A stretch of 55,270 nucleotides of DNA from the IMG/VR virus record IMGVR_UViG_3300043775_002247; one strand, written 5' to 3'. The stretch comes from an uncultured virus (IMG/VR IMGVR_UViG_3300043775_002247) (taxonomy: Duplodnaviria > Heunggongvirae > Uroviricota > Caudoviricetes). The notes below the pieces were generated by a model. It made no database searches. It was not told where the DNA came from and worked only from the letters and a program-made list of their open reading frames with translations. This document shows, one piece after another, positions 38,738 through 49,282 of this stretch. Position 1 is the first letter of the stretch. Each line of letters begins with the position of its first letter. Position numbers and translations under genes: made by a program.

Positions 38738-40513
38738 TTGGAAAACAATACATCAGAAAATTCTAATTTAACAATAGAACAGAAAGCAATATCTCTCCTT
38801 GATACTTACGAGGGGGCGAATAACTATATCCTTAAATTAAAACTACAAAAGGACACCAATAAAAGATTTTACCCTACTCGGGCACAATCTGACTATATCA
38901 TTAATTATTACGGAGTAACACCAAAGGTAGCCAAAAGATGGGTTGATTTAGACCCTTACTTTGCTAAAAAGATTGCCGATGAAAAATTACTAACCACGAT
39001 TCCTGAACAAATATGGGTTGAAAAGCTATTAGTTGAGAAAGACAAATCCTATCATGTTTGGGGAAAAATTACGGAAGGTGAAACTATCCACGATTTTTGG
39101 CTACCAAAAGGTGCTTTAATTAAAACCCACGTTATTAAAGATGTGAAAATTGATTATAGTAAATATAGTCATAGACCACCTCTTGAACATCAACCAATTG
39201 CTATTGAAAAATTAGTTGGGTCAAAACGATTCATATTGGCGGATGATATGGGTCTTGGTAAAACAACCATTACCGTTATCGCGGCTTTAGAGAGTGGTGC
39301 TAAAAAAATATTAATTGTTTGTCCGGCATCTCTGAAGATTAACTGGCAAAGAGAGATTGCAAATTATACAGATAGAAGTGTTTACATTGCTGAAGGTAAA
39401 AACTTTTCAATTGAACACGATTTTGTAATTGTTAATTACGATATTCTTAAAAACTTCTACGATTTAAAAGACAAAGAAAATTCATTAATAACTCAAGGAA
39501 ATTTTGACCTTATTATTTTAGATGAGGCACATTATGTGAGTAATGGTCAAGCAGCAAGAACCAAATTGGTTAATAGTTTCTGTAAAAAAGTGGATAAACT
39601 TTGGTTATTAACCGGGACACCTATGACCAATAGACCAATGAACTACTTTAATCTGTTGGCATTAATTGAAAGTCCTGTTGCTCAGAATTGGATGGCTTAC
39701 GCTATTAGATATTGTCAAGGTTATCAATTCACTGCGGGAAGTCGTAAAATATGGAACGTTACCGGAGCATCAAATTTGGAAGAATTAAGAGACCGAACTT
39801 CAAGACAAGTTTTACGAAGATTAAAAACCGACGTATTAGATTTACCTGAAAAAATTATCACTCCAATTTATTTGAGATTAAAATCTAAAATGTATGAAGG
39901 GTTAATGGGTGAGTATTATGATTGGTATGATAAGAATCCGGATGAAAGTACATCATTAACGGTTCAGTTCAGTAAACTAATGAAAGTTCGTCAAGTAATT
40001 GCTGAAGAAAAAATTAAAGACACAATCGAACTTGCTGAAAATATTATAGAACAAGGTAAGAAAGTTATTATTTTTACTAACTTTACTGACACTCTAAATA
40101 AAATCTCCGAACACTTTGGTAAATCGGCGGTTAAATTAGATGGTTCAACGGCAAAACCTCAACGACAATACGCTGTTGACCAATTCCAAGAAAACGAAAA
40201 AATTAAAGTGTTCATTGGAAACGTGAAAGCTGCCGGTGTTGGAATCACATTGACCGCCGCTGAAGCAGTTATTATGAATGACCTATCATTTGTTCCGGGA
40301 GATTTATCTCAAGCTGAAGATAGAGCATACAGATATGGTCAAAAAAATTCGGTATCAGTTTATTACCCAATCTTTGATAATACCATAGAAGGGATAATTT
40401 ATGATATGGTTAATATGAAGAAACAAAACATCGGAACGGTTATGGGAGATAACATTGGTGAGAGTGGTGACTTCATTGAAGAACTTATGAATAAAATCAA
40501 CACCCGAAGATAA
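38738..40513 (+). CDS. SNF2-family helicase (SMARCAL1/HARP-like)
   Basis: ILADDMGLGKT, CPASLKINW, DEAH, LTGTP, RRLK, AAGVGITLT, QAEDRAYRYGQ; TTG start. Confidence 0.92.
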   Translation: MENNTSENSNLTIEQKAISLLDTYEGANNYILKLKLQKDTNKRFYPTRAQSDYIINYYGVTPKVAKRWVDLDPYFAKKIADEKLLTTIPEQIWVEKLLVEKDKSYHVWGKITEGETIHDFWLPKGALIKTHVIKDVKIDYSKYSHRPPLEHQPIAIEKLVGSKRFILADDMGLGKTTITVIAALESGAKKILIVCPASLKINWQREIANYTDRSVYIAEGKNFSIEHDFVIVNYDILKNFYDLKDKENSLITQGNFDLIILDEAHYVSNGQAARTKLVNSFCKKVDKLWLLTGTPMTNRPMNYFNLLALIESPVAQNWMAYAIRYCQGYQFTAGSRKIWNVTGASNLEELRDRTSRQVLRRLKTDVLDLPEKIITPIYLRLKSKMYEGLMGEYYDWYDKNPDESTSLTVQFSKLMKVRQVIAEEKIKDTIELAENIIEQGKKVIIFTNFTDTLNKISEHFGKSAVKLDGSTAKPQRQYAVDQFQENEKIKVFIGNVKAAGVGITLTAAEAVIMNDLSFVPGDLSQAEDRAYRYGQKNSVSVYYPIFDNTIEGIIYDMVNMKKQNIGTVMGDNIGESGDFIEELMNKINTRR

Positions 40514-40555
40514 TCTATTTGTTGAGATATTTATAAGAAATAAATAACAAGCCGA

Positions 40556-42094
40556 ATGAAACATATTGAAAATAAAATCAAACTCATTACGGAAGAGATT
40601 CAAAATGTTGAAAAACAAGAAAATGAAACACTCTTTCTTAATGAGATGAAAAAGATAGGAATCGATAAATTACCTTATTCCTATTCAGCACTAAAGCAAT
40701 TTATTGATGCTGAAACAATGAACTACCATTATAACAAACATTATAAAGGTTACGTAGATAAACTAAACGCCGCTCTTAAAAACAAAGATTATGGTGATTT
40801 AGAACTTGAAGAAATAGTTAAATCTATCAGTAGATTTAATAAAACTATAAGAAATAATGCAGGAGGAGCATTTAACCACGCATTATTTTGGAAAATGTTA
40901 TCACCAAAAACTCAAACTCCAAATGGTGATGTAATCAAACAAATCAAAAAAGATTTTAATACATTTGCCAACTTCAAAAAAGAATTTGAAACTATTGCAA
41001 AAGATAGATTCGGTTCAGGATGGGTTTGGTTAGTCCTAACAAAAAGAAACACCTTAAAAATTGTATCTACCGCAAATCAAGACAATCCATTAATGAATGT
41101 AGTTGAAGATGGTGGATACCCAATTTTAGGATTAGATTTATGGGAACACGCCTACTACCTAAAATACAGAAACAAAAAAGATGACTACATTAAAAACTTT
41201 TGGAAATGTGTAAATTGGGAATTTGTTAACAAATTATACACAATGAGAGTGGATAATAAATTAAATGAAAGTGCTGAATTAAAATCTGTTATTTCTGAAG
41301 GTAAATCTGAAAGATGTAGTAGAGAAATGAATGAGGCGATTCGTATGGTATTCAACATCAATCCAAAAGTTAAAACAATCTTCAAAGACGGAATTAACAG
41401 AATGTTAAAAGAAGTTTTTCCCGACAACTATTATGGAAATAACGAATATGCCGAAGGTGAAGTTGCCGGAGTATATGATTTAGAAACTCAAGGTCGTTCA
41501 GTTTTAAATAAACTAAACACAAACTATAGTTGTTTTTGTGTTTTACTTAATGATGTTAATCAAGTTTTAATATCCAAACAATTACCTGAAATAAAAATGA
41601 TTGGCCTAAAACCATTTGAACAAATAAGTGAAGTTCGAAAACTTGTTGACGTTTTAGACGAATACAAATTTAGAATATTCTCACAAAAATCATCCACATT
41701 CCAAAATCTTATGAAAGTTTTAACCCAAACTAATAGTTGGGGACAATCAAGAGAAGATAAAACTATTGAAATATTAAAAAAACAATTTGGTAATGATAAC
41801 GTTAATGCTATCGGTAAACTTGGGAGTAAAGAAGATATGATTGGTGGTGTTGATTGTGAAGTAATTGTTGATGGTGTTAAAAAAACTGCACAAATTAAAC
41901 CATTTACCGGTGAAAAAGAAATTAAAGATTCAATAATGATTTTAGGAACAGGAAATGTTAAACGATACTCAACGGATTGGTTAATTTTTACTCGTAATAA
42001 TAAAGAAGTTTTGGTCTTTGACAATAAACATTCAAAAATAATGGACGGTCAGTTTATTTTCCCTAAAGAAGACCTGATTTATACATTAAGTTGA
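40556..42094 (+). CDS. Fe/Mn superoxide dismutase (Mn-type residues) fused to a C-terminal PD-(D/E)xK-like domain
   Basis: LPYSYSAL, HYNKHYKGY, GGAFNHALFW, FGSGWVWL, NQDNP, DLWEHAYY; C-terminal E...GVD...AQIKP. Confidence 0.88.
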   Translation: MKHIENKIKLITEEIQNVEKQENETLFLNEMKKIGIDKLPYSYSALKQFIDAETMNYHYNKHYKGYVDKLNAALKNKDYGDLELEEIVKSISRFNKTIRNNAGGAFNHALFWKMLSPKTQTPNGDVIKQIKKDFNTFANFKKEFETIAKDRFGSGWVWLVLTKRNTLKIVSTANQDNPLMNVVEDGGYPILGLDLWEHAYYLKYRNKKDDYIKNFWKCVNWEFVNKLYTMRVDNKLNESAELKSVISEGKSERCSREMNEAIRMVFNINPKVKTIFKDGINRMLKEVFPDNYYGNNEYAEGEVAGVYDLETQGRSVLNKLNTNYSCFCVLLNDVNQVLISKQLPEIKMIGLKPFEQISEVRKLVDVLDEYKFRIFSQKSSTFQNLMKVLTQTNSWGQSREDKTIEILKKQFGNDNVNAIGKLGSKEDMIGGVDCEVIVDGVKKTAQIKPFTGEKEIKDSIMILGTGNVKRYSTDWLIFTRNNKEVLVFDNKHSKIMDGQFIFPKEDLIYTLS

Positions 42095-42115
42095 TATTTA
42101 TAAAATAAAAACGTT

Positions 42116-43258
42116 ATGGCAATATTAACTGGTGCAACATACCAAACTGCAATTATACCGGAACCGGAAAGAACTAAATTATATACAAGAATTAAACACT
42201 TACTTGGTGCCCCATTAAGAAGTATTGAATTAGAAGACGAACAGATGGATAGTTTATTAGAATTATCTATTGGTGACTATTCACAATATATCCAAGATTG
42301 GTTAATTGAATCTCAATGGACTTCTTTATACAACTTAAATTTAGATACTGAATCATTATCAAGAGCATTCATCACTAAAAGTTTAGATTGGGAAACAAGA
42401 TATACTTACGCATACTCTAAAATTGTTGGATTACAAGCCGGAGGTGATTGGGTATTAAAGAAAGATTTTGTTCAGTTAGTTCCAAACCAACAAATATATG
42501 AAATCCCTGCAAACCGAGAAATAAATGAAGTGTTATGGTTTACTCCATCAACATTAAACGGACTTCTATTTGACCCATGGACTTTTGGTGGTTTAGGTGG
42601 TGGTGGTTTTGGTGGACCGGGTGGTTTCGCTCAAATGGGTGCGTCAGGTTCATATTTTATGATGCCAGCATTTGATATGTTATTAAGAATGCAAGAGATT
42701 AATATCCAACGAAGAATTATCGCGGGGGATTTAACTTATACCATAACAGCATTACCTGAAGGTAAAAAAGCCCTTCACTTAATGAACACACCTGGTGGTA
42801 AATTTGACTTTGGTAATCAAGAAATGACAAGAGGTAAAGTATGGTATTGGTATTATGATGTTGGTCCTGCAGATAGAGATAATTGTTTAAAAAACAATCC
42901 GGATATTATTAAATTACCATCGGATGTTCCAATTGATTCAATGTCTTGGATTGATTTAAATAATCCTTCACAACAATTTGTTAGAAGATGGTTCACCGCT
43001 TATTGTAAAGAAACGTTATCGAGAGTTAGAGGTAAATTTAGTGGTAACATTAAAACACCTGATAGTGAGTTAACGATGGATTACGCCACTTTAGCAACTG
43101 AAGGTAAAGATGAGAAATCAAAACTTGAAGAAGAATTGAAATTAAGATTAGAAAGATTACGACCTGATAAAATGATGGAACGTGAAGCATTAATTGCGGA
43201 AAATTTAAACAAACAACTTAAATTCAGAGCAATGCCAAGACAAATTTATGTAATATAA
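42116..43258 (+). CDS. Neck / head-tail adaptor (T4 gp13-like)
   Basis: LLGAPLRSIELEDEQ, AYCKETLSRVRGKFSG...EGKDEKSKLEEEL. Confidence 0.8.
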   Translation: MAILTGATYQTAIIPEPERTKLYTRIKHLLGAPLRSIELEDEQMDSLLELSIGDYSQYIQDWLIESQWTSLYNLNLDTESLSRAFITKSLDWETRYTYAYSKIVGLQAGGDWVLKKDFVQLVPNQQIYEIPANREINEVLWFTPSTLNGLLFDPWTFGGLGGGGFGGPGGFAQMGASGSYFMMPAFDMLLRMQEINIQRRIIAGDLTYTITALPEGKKALHLMNTPGGKFDFGNQEMTRGKVWYWYYDVGPADRDNCLKNNPDIIKLPSDVPIDSMSWIDLNNPSQQFVRRWFTAYCKETLSRVRGKFSGNIKTPDSELTMDYATLATEGKDEKSKLEEELKLRLERLRPDKMMEREALIAENLNKQLKFRAMPRQIYVI

Positions 43259-43261
43259 TTT

Positions 43262-43642
43262 ATGAATACCGTAACTCAAAGATTAACAAGAAAAACAATT
43301 AACGATAGACGATTTTTAGGTAATACTTTAATCGAGATAGACACTACTGAAGAAACTGAATTAATACCAATGAAAAAAATTATTACCGAATCCGATTATA
43401 GAACAAATGGGGAAATTCTACTTGTAATTAAAGATGTTGAATCTTGTAATATAATATTAGATTCTAATACAACAGAACATATTATTATTAAAGCATTAAC
43501 CAAAGTATTCATTAGACCAAGTTCTGGTAAAATTGATGAATACTATGATGAAATATTTATTGATTGGGGAGCTTGTGTTGAATTTTATATGTTAGAAAAT
43601 AATTGGTACATCGTCTCATCAGATGGTTTAAAATTAGAATAA
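43262..43642 (+). CDS. Hypothetical beta-rich protein (possible fibre/whisker-type module)
   Basis: 126-aa ORF after the neck gene, ending ...ENNWYIVS. Confidence 0.6.
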   Translation: MNTVTQRLTRKTINDRRFLGNTLIEIDTTEETELIPMKKIITESDYRTNGEILLVIKDVESCNIILDSNTTEHIIIKALTKVFIRPSSGKIDEYYDEIFIDWGACVEFYMLENNWYIVSSDGLKLE

Positions 43643-43671
43643 AAAAAGGTGTCGAATATGACACCTTTTTT
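43641..43671. terminator. Bidirectional intrinsic terminator
   Basis: AAAAAAAGGTGTC-gaatat-GACACCTTTTTT between convergent genes. Confidence 0.9.
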
Positions 43672-43674
43672 GTT

Positions 43675-46608
43675 TTAATTAATAAACTCTTCCCATCCTT
43701 CAGACGCTAAGTCATAAATGTAATCAGGACTCATTCCTCGTTTTTCCCAATATTTAATCTCACCCTCACTAATATCTAACACATCCTCTTTTAATCTATC
43801 TTGGTCACCTTCTTTAAATGGAACACCATTTATAAGTTCAGATTGTTCTTTAGTGAAAAACCCTCTATCTTCAGGATTAACAACAATTAATTGTTCTCTA
43901 ACTTCTTCTTTAAACACAACCAATAACGGACCAATTCGTTTATTAAATGTTGAGATGGCTCTCTCCACATTATAATCACCTCTCATATCCGGATTGTTTT
44001 CAATTTCAGTTTGGTCTAACATATAACAATTTAATTGTATCGCCGAATCAGTATTATCAGCATTTACAAGTCTATATGCAACATCCGTTGGAACACCATT
44101 CATCGCTTCTTTCATTGGCTCGTCAGAACGAACCCAATTATCGTCAGACCAAGATTTTTCCCAACCATTTTTTAATAAAAACTTTTCTTTTTCTTTATAA
44201 TGTGTGGAATCATATGATGAAAAATATAATTCTATTTGTTTTTCAGACCAACCTTTTTTAGGTTTATTCACTTTTTGAACATCTCCGTGAGACGCTTTAA
44301 TACCATTATTAACATAACTAATAACATCACCTAACGAAACTTTTAAATCGTGTTTAATCGCCAATTCCATATGAGCCATTCTACTCATTAAGGAACCCGC
44401 CTTAGTTTTCATACCACATCTTTTTTTATAGTCATCAATAGATAACTTAACCTTAGCTCTCTGAGCAATCTTCATAAGAGGAATATCTTTATCATAGATT
44501 TTTTGTAGGTATTCATAATACCATTCAATAAATTCTTGACCTTTACCTTCCAATAATAATTTTACACCTTTATCTAAAAAGTCCTCAATATATAGTGGAA
44601 GTTTTTTAGATTTAATAGTATTACCGGTAAGTTTAATTTTACCACTCGCCTCCATAACCGCATAGTTCTTACGAGCCAAATTAATACAAGATGGCCAAGT
44701 ACCATCGGTATCCAACGCCATCTCACCTCTCATAAACATATCGTTAAATTCCGCAACGTCGGCATCATCTCCGGTATATTCTTCACCTTCTTTAACTTTC
44801 CAATTCAAACCTTTACCAATGTAACGTCTATTCTCCCATCCTTCAGGTTTAGAGAAATTGACACCATCGGTATCCATTACTAGTGGTGTATATCCTTTCT
44901 TCATAAAGAACTTAATCATCTGACGGAGATATTGTCTTCCGGTGCAAGTAATCTGTTCACCCATAAACATATCCCCCCATTCATAAACGTGTGGTGCGGA
45001 TAACGCCCCAAACATCGAGTTAATGAATATCTTAATAGGTAATTGTTTTCGGTCATATGATAAGGACTTTTTACGGTCAGTTTCATAGAACTCACCCGCC
45101 AAGTTTTTATACATAATACGAGCATTACGGAAGTAAGCTAACATACCTTTCATTCCCCCCATAACATCACACTCGGGAAACACATCGTGAACCAACTGAA
45201 TAGATGGGTATAGAGACGAGTAGTCAAGTTTAAGTACATTGGTAGAGTAACCAACTTTAAGTAGTCGTGAAAGTCCTCCTACGAAGTCGGTCTTATCTTC
45301 TTTTTGAGGTATTGCAAGTTTATTCTTATATGACCAAGCTAACATAATCATTCTCCATAATGTGGCAGTTCCCATCGTGGAAACTCTTTCATATGTTGTT
45401 GGTACCATTGACGCTAATAGAAACGTTCCTTGGTTGAATTCATCATCCACTGTCAGCGTTTCCTCCAAGTCATCGTCAAGATATCTCTCTACAATGTTAT
45501 CACCTGTTACCTTTAAGTATTTACCCGGAAATCTTGTGTCCAAATTATCAAAGGCGGGATTATCCGCTTTCTTGTATTTTCCATTCTCAACATTTAACCA
45601 ATACTCCTCTTTTTTAGCATACATCGGACCAATATCTAAATGGTCAATATAAACTCGGTCAGGAGCTTCAGCTTTAATATATTGAGTAATGTACTTTAAC
45701 CCTGCAGATTTAATACTTGAGTTGATTGCTTGTGCTCTACGAACAGAGTGAATAATATCAATGATATTATAACCCCATAATTGAGTTTGAGAATATCTCT
45801 CAACCTCATTCGCAAGTTTTAACATACCATCTTTTTGCCCGATAGGTCTTGCAGGATTTAAAGATTTTGCAATCTTTTTGATGTCCAAGTTAAGTGCTTT
45901 ACATCTTTCAAATATCCAAAACCAGTCGAAGTTTGCTGAGTTGTATCCACCAATGATTGAAGGTTTAAGTTCATCAATAATTTTGAAGAATTCTACCAAC
46001 CCTCTACGTTCTTGGTCTTCATCAGCACACTCAATAACTTTTTGGTATCCTTTATTAGTTTTGATTCCAATCATAAATATACGACCATCTTTAGGTTCTA
46101 AAGCAGTCGTCTCCAAGTCAAATCCGAGTCTAGTTATGTCGTTATACTCTTCATATCCTTTGAATAATCTTTTCTCTCTTGAAATAAGGAATTGTTCTAC
46201 CGGTGGAAGTACCGTTAATTTACCTTTTGTTTTTTCACCCCATGGGTCTACACCACCATCTCTAAAGAATTGAATAAGTGAACGATACCCTTTCATTGAC
46301 TTAACCATAAACTTAAGACCTTTTTCTAATCTCTCATTACCTTTGGTTTCTAATTTATCAATGATAATACCATGTTTCTTCATCGCCTCTTTTTGTTGGT
46401 CTTTAGATTTTGAATAAAAATTCAAATCTCTTAAGTCCCCAACCCAAGCAAATGCCGTAAATGTGTCTTTTTTGATTATCTTTCCCTGACCAGGGATTTC
46501 TTTAATTTTGTAGATAGCATCCGATGCGTAATCATACTCGATTGCAACGATGTGCTCTTCAGGGTCATTCCCCTCAAGGAATGCTTTAATTTCTTCTTGT
46601 GTTACCAT
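43675..46608 (-). CDS. Family B DNA polymerase with 3'-5' exonuclease
   Basis: ExoI FDLET, ExoII GYNSANFD, ExoIII YLDDD, motif A DYSSLYPS, motif B KIFINSMFG, motif C DTDG, RKNY. Confidence 0.95.
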   Translation of the reverse strand: MVTQEEIKAFLEGNDPEEHIVAIEYDYASDAIYKIKEIPGQGKIIKKDTFTAFAWVGDLRDLNFYSKSKDQQKEAMKKHGIIIDKLETKGNERLEKGLKFMVKSMKGYRSLIQFFRDGGVDPWGEKTKGKLTVLPPVEQFLISREKRLFKGYEEYNDITRLGFDLETTALEPKDGRIFMIGIKTNKGYQKVIECADEDQERRGLVEFFKIIDELKPSIIGGYNSANFDWFWIFERCKALNLDIKKIAKSLNPARPIGQKDGMLKLANEVERYSQTQLWGYNIIDIIHSVRRAQAINSSIKSAGLKYITQYIKAEAPDRVYIDHLDIGPMYAKKEEYWLNVENGKYKKADNPAFDNLDTRFPGKYLKVTGDNIVERYLDDDLEETLTVDDEFNQGTFLLASMVPTTYERVSTMGTATLWRMIMLAWSYKNKLAIPQKEDKTDFVGGLSRLLKVGYSTNVLKLDYSSLYPSIQLVHDVFPECDVMGGMKGMLAYFRNARIMYKNLAGEFYETDRKKSLSYDRKQLPIKIFINSMFGALSAPHVYEWGDMFMGEQITCTGRQYLRQMIKFFMKKGYTPLVMDTDGVNFSKPEGWENRRYIGKGLNWKVKEGEEYTGDDADVAEFNDMFMRGEMALDTDGTWPSCINLARKNYAVMEASGKIKLTGNTIKSKKLPLYIEDFLDKGVKLLLEGKGQEFIEWYYEYLQKIYDKDIPLMKIAQRAKVKLSIDDYKKRCGMKTKAGSLMSRMAHMELAIKHDLKVSLGDVISYVNNGIKASHGDVQKVNKPKKGWSEKQIELYFSSYDSTHYKEKEKFLLKNGWEKSWSDDNWVRSDEPMKEAMNGVPTDVAYRLVNADNTDSAIQLNCYMLDQTEIENNPDMRGDYNVERAISTFNKRIGPLLVVFKEEVREQLIVVNPEDRGFFTKEQSELINGVPFKEGDQDRLKEDVLDISEGEIKYWEKRGMSPDYIYDLASEGWEEFIN

Positions 46609-46706
46609 TTTATATTTTTTAGAATGACATATTCGCTCCGATTTTAAATCAGGTTTGTCTTGTTTCTATAAATATAAAAGATAATAATTAATAAATCAAT
46701 TTTAGA

Positions 46707-47552
46707 TTAATGACATGGAAGTAAATTATTAAAATTAACAATTCCGGTGATTATAGAATTAAAAACGGTAATTACTTGATATCCGTTTACTTGAGTAACA
46801 TAACTACCATCATTAATCAATGAAATTGTTTGTCCATTAGGGTCACTATAAATTGTTCCACCTATTTGTAATGGGGTGTACATATAATAATTCTCACCAC
46901 CAATAATATAAAAAGGAGGGGCTAATACATAATCTTCAACAATACATTTAATTAGTTGAGGTCCGTCAGCAATAAAATCAATAAATAAATGACCAATATC
47001 ATCATAAATACCTGAACCCATATTAACTTCAGATAATACAGGAACTGTTGTGGTTGTGGTTGTAGTATGATTAATTGTGGTAGTAGTTGTAGTACAAGGA
47101 CAACATTCTGTAGTTGTTGTTGTAGTATAAGGTCCATTAATACAACAAGGAAATTCTGACACGTAACAACTATCATAAACTAAATCATCCGCAATAAACG
47201 AATCTTGAACATTAATAAATAATTCTTCACGTATTGGTAATATAAGAACACCATCAGAATTTCTTAACATAAACTGACCGGCATATCTACCAACTCTATT
47301 AGTATCTCTTGGAGTAAATTGATAGTAAATGTAATATTCAGGACCGGAGTTTAAATCAACAAAAGTTTTTTCAACAAACCCTGCGGGTCTTGAACTTATT
47401 TTTGGAATACCGGTTTCTACGTCAACCATTGAGAAGAAAATGGCCGATTCTTCAATCATATCCATAAACTTATTATAGTCACTTCTTCCGTCTTTAACCA
47501 CTTGTAACTTTAGTACCGGTAAGGTTGCGTTTTTCTTTATAAAAAAATCCAT
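46707..47552 (-). CDS. Virion-associated protein, BppU-like Ig N-domain plus Thr-rich linker
   Basis: FFIKKNATLP.L...YQFTPRDTNRVGRYAGQF; YTTTTTTECCPCTTTTTTINHTTTTTTT. Confidence 0.55.
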   Translation of the reverse strand: MDFFIKKNATLPVLKLQVVKDGRSDYNKFMDMIEESAIFFSMVDVETGIPKISSRPAGFVEKTFVDLNSGPEYYIYYQFTPRDTNRVGRYAGQFMLRNSDGVLILPIREELFINVQDSFIADDLVYDSCYVSEFPCCINGPYTTTTTTECCPCTTTTTTINHTTTTTTTVPVLSEVNMGSGIYDDIGHLFIDFIADGPQLIKCIVEDYVLAPPFYIIGGENYYMYTPLQIGGTIYSDPNGQTISLINDGSYVTQVNGYQVITVFNSIITGIVNFNNLLPCH

Positions 47553-47598
47553 CTATTGTTTTTATTTATAAATACTTTGCTTTCCAAAAATAAACAAA

Positions 47599-49281
47599 TT
47601 AACTTTCTTTTCTTAACGAACCATCATAATGGTCAAATCTATCATGTTCTGTTGGAGTTAATAATAATAACCCAGGTTTAATATTTCCCATAACAGTTTC
47701 TTGATAAACATAAGACATTAAAGTTTGCTCAAAAGGGTGAGCCCATTTAGTTTCTAAAAAACATTTATAGTTTCCTTCTCTACTTACAACAATAGGCCAA
47801 TTACATACATAAACTTCACCTGTCACGTATGGTAATCCATCGTAAGATTTAATATTTTCAAATTTTGTTTTAGGTGAATTAGGTTCTAACCCATGTTCAG
47901 GTAATCTCGGATTATCGGGCCAATGTCTTTGTCTAAAATCTTGTGGAACATTATACCAACTCCATTGAGTACCATTATCACCAAAAAATTCAGTAAAATT
48001 AAGTTTTAAAAAATCAAAATTTTCTTTTTTTACTATTTCTAAAGATTTTTTATATAAATTGGATACCCATCTGTTAAACCCATTTTTACATGTTTCATTT
48101 TTGTTAGGATAAAATGCCATATCATCTTCAAACCAAAAATAATAATCGTGATTTGTTTTATCAAAGTGGTCAGCAACAAAGATACGTCCACCAACTATAC
48201 CGATATTATCTTTCTTAATATGTTCAAACCCATATTGTTCACATAACTCAACATATCTTGGAGTTGTTGATAAATCGGTCGAATTATTTAATAAATATTT
48301 TTTAGGTTTTTCAACAAAATCTTTATCATAATCCAACATAGATTGAATTAACACTTCAAATTGTTTTGGAGAATTAAAAGTTATCACATATAAACCAACA
48401 TTATCTGTATTGATTTGAGGTTTATTATTTTGTACAAAATCTTTTGTATATTTTTTTAACTCTTCAAAGAAAGGCCAAACTAAACCATTACCCTCAATTT
48501 CAAATCTATATATTAAATCTTTATGTTTATAAGAAAGTATTGTAAATAAACATTCATCGGCACCCATTAACCCTTCTTTTAACGTATCGTGCATTACTGA
48601 ATAATAATAGTCATTCATTTGGTGAATGTTATTTTTACTCCCACCAAAAAAACCGCCTCGACACACATAACTAACGTAATCGGTATTACAGTAACGAGCC
48701 ATAGCTTTTCTTTCAAATCCATGAATCTCTTCATTACCATCATAAGGATATGATATTTGAATAAATTTATTATTGTTGAAACGAACATAATTTTCCAAAT
48801 TATCCAAAACATTGTCATGACTGAAATAACCTTTATTAACGGTGTTAGTTAATCCACCATCAACCCAAAAGAAATAATCACTATTAAACGGATTTATAAT
48901 TGCGGAGTCATTTAACATAAAAAATTTAGTAAACATCATTGGATTATAATATTTTAATTCAGCTTGGGGAGATTCGGATAACCATCCCGCAAAATTTCTC
49001 CAATTATCTTGTGACCTAATTTTTTCAATATCGTCAAAAAAAGGATTCCAAGATTCAAAATCCTCAACATTTTTAATAAAAATTTTAGTAGGTTTATTAC
49101 CTCTAATTTTTAATACTTCATCTTCTAATTCTTGGGGAATCCAAATACACATTTGAGCATTTGTCTCTAACATTTCAAAAAACTTTGTCTTGTAATTTGA
49201 AAAATCTCTCTTACCCCACCCATCAAGATTACCGCGACCTAAATCCCAAAGACCGGTAACTATTGTCACATTACTATTCAT
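47599..49281 (-). CDS. Two-domain glycosyltransferase: HtrL/YibB(WlaTC)-like plus GT-A fold
   Basis: TIVTGLWDLGR, NPFNSDYFFWVDGG, GGFFGG, ADEC; second domain YVITFN...WFEDD. Confidence 0.72.
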   Translation of the reverse strand: MNSNVTIVTGLWDLGRGNLDGWGKRDFSNYKTKFFEMLETNAQMCIWIPQELEDEVLKIRGNKPTKIFIKNVEDFESWNPFFDDIEKIRSQDNWRNFAGWLSESPQAELKYYNPMMFTKFFMLNDSAIINPFNSDYFFWVDGGLTNTVNKGYFSHDNVLDNLENYVRFNNNKFIQISYPYDGNEEIHGFERKAMARYCNTDYVSYVCRGGFFGGSKNNIHQMNDYYYSVMHDTLKEGLMGADECLFTILSYKHKDLIYRFEIEGNGLVWPFFEELKKYTKDFVQNNKPQINTDNVGLYVITFNSPKQFEVLIQSMLDYDKDFVEKPKKYLLNNSTDLSTTPRYVELCEQYGFEHIKKDNIGIVGGRIFVADHFDKTNHDYYFWFEDDMAFYPNKNETCKNGFNRWVSNLYKKSLEIVKKENFDFLKLNFTEFFGDNGTQWSWYNVPQDFRQRHWPDNPRLPEHGLEPNSPKTKFENIKSYDGLPYVTGEVYVCNWPIVVSREGNYKCFLETKWAHPFEQTLMSYVYQETVMGNIKPGLLLLTPTEHDRFDHYDGSLRKES

Positions 49282-49282
49282 A

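Noticed and set aside
43675..46608. Intein or intron in the DNA polymerase (or in nrdA)
   Set aside because: ORFs are continuous with no Hint motifs; the extra segment near 44060-44270 is a short insertion lacking splicing residues.
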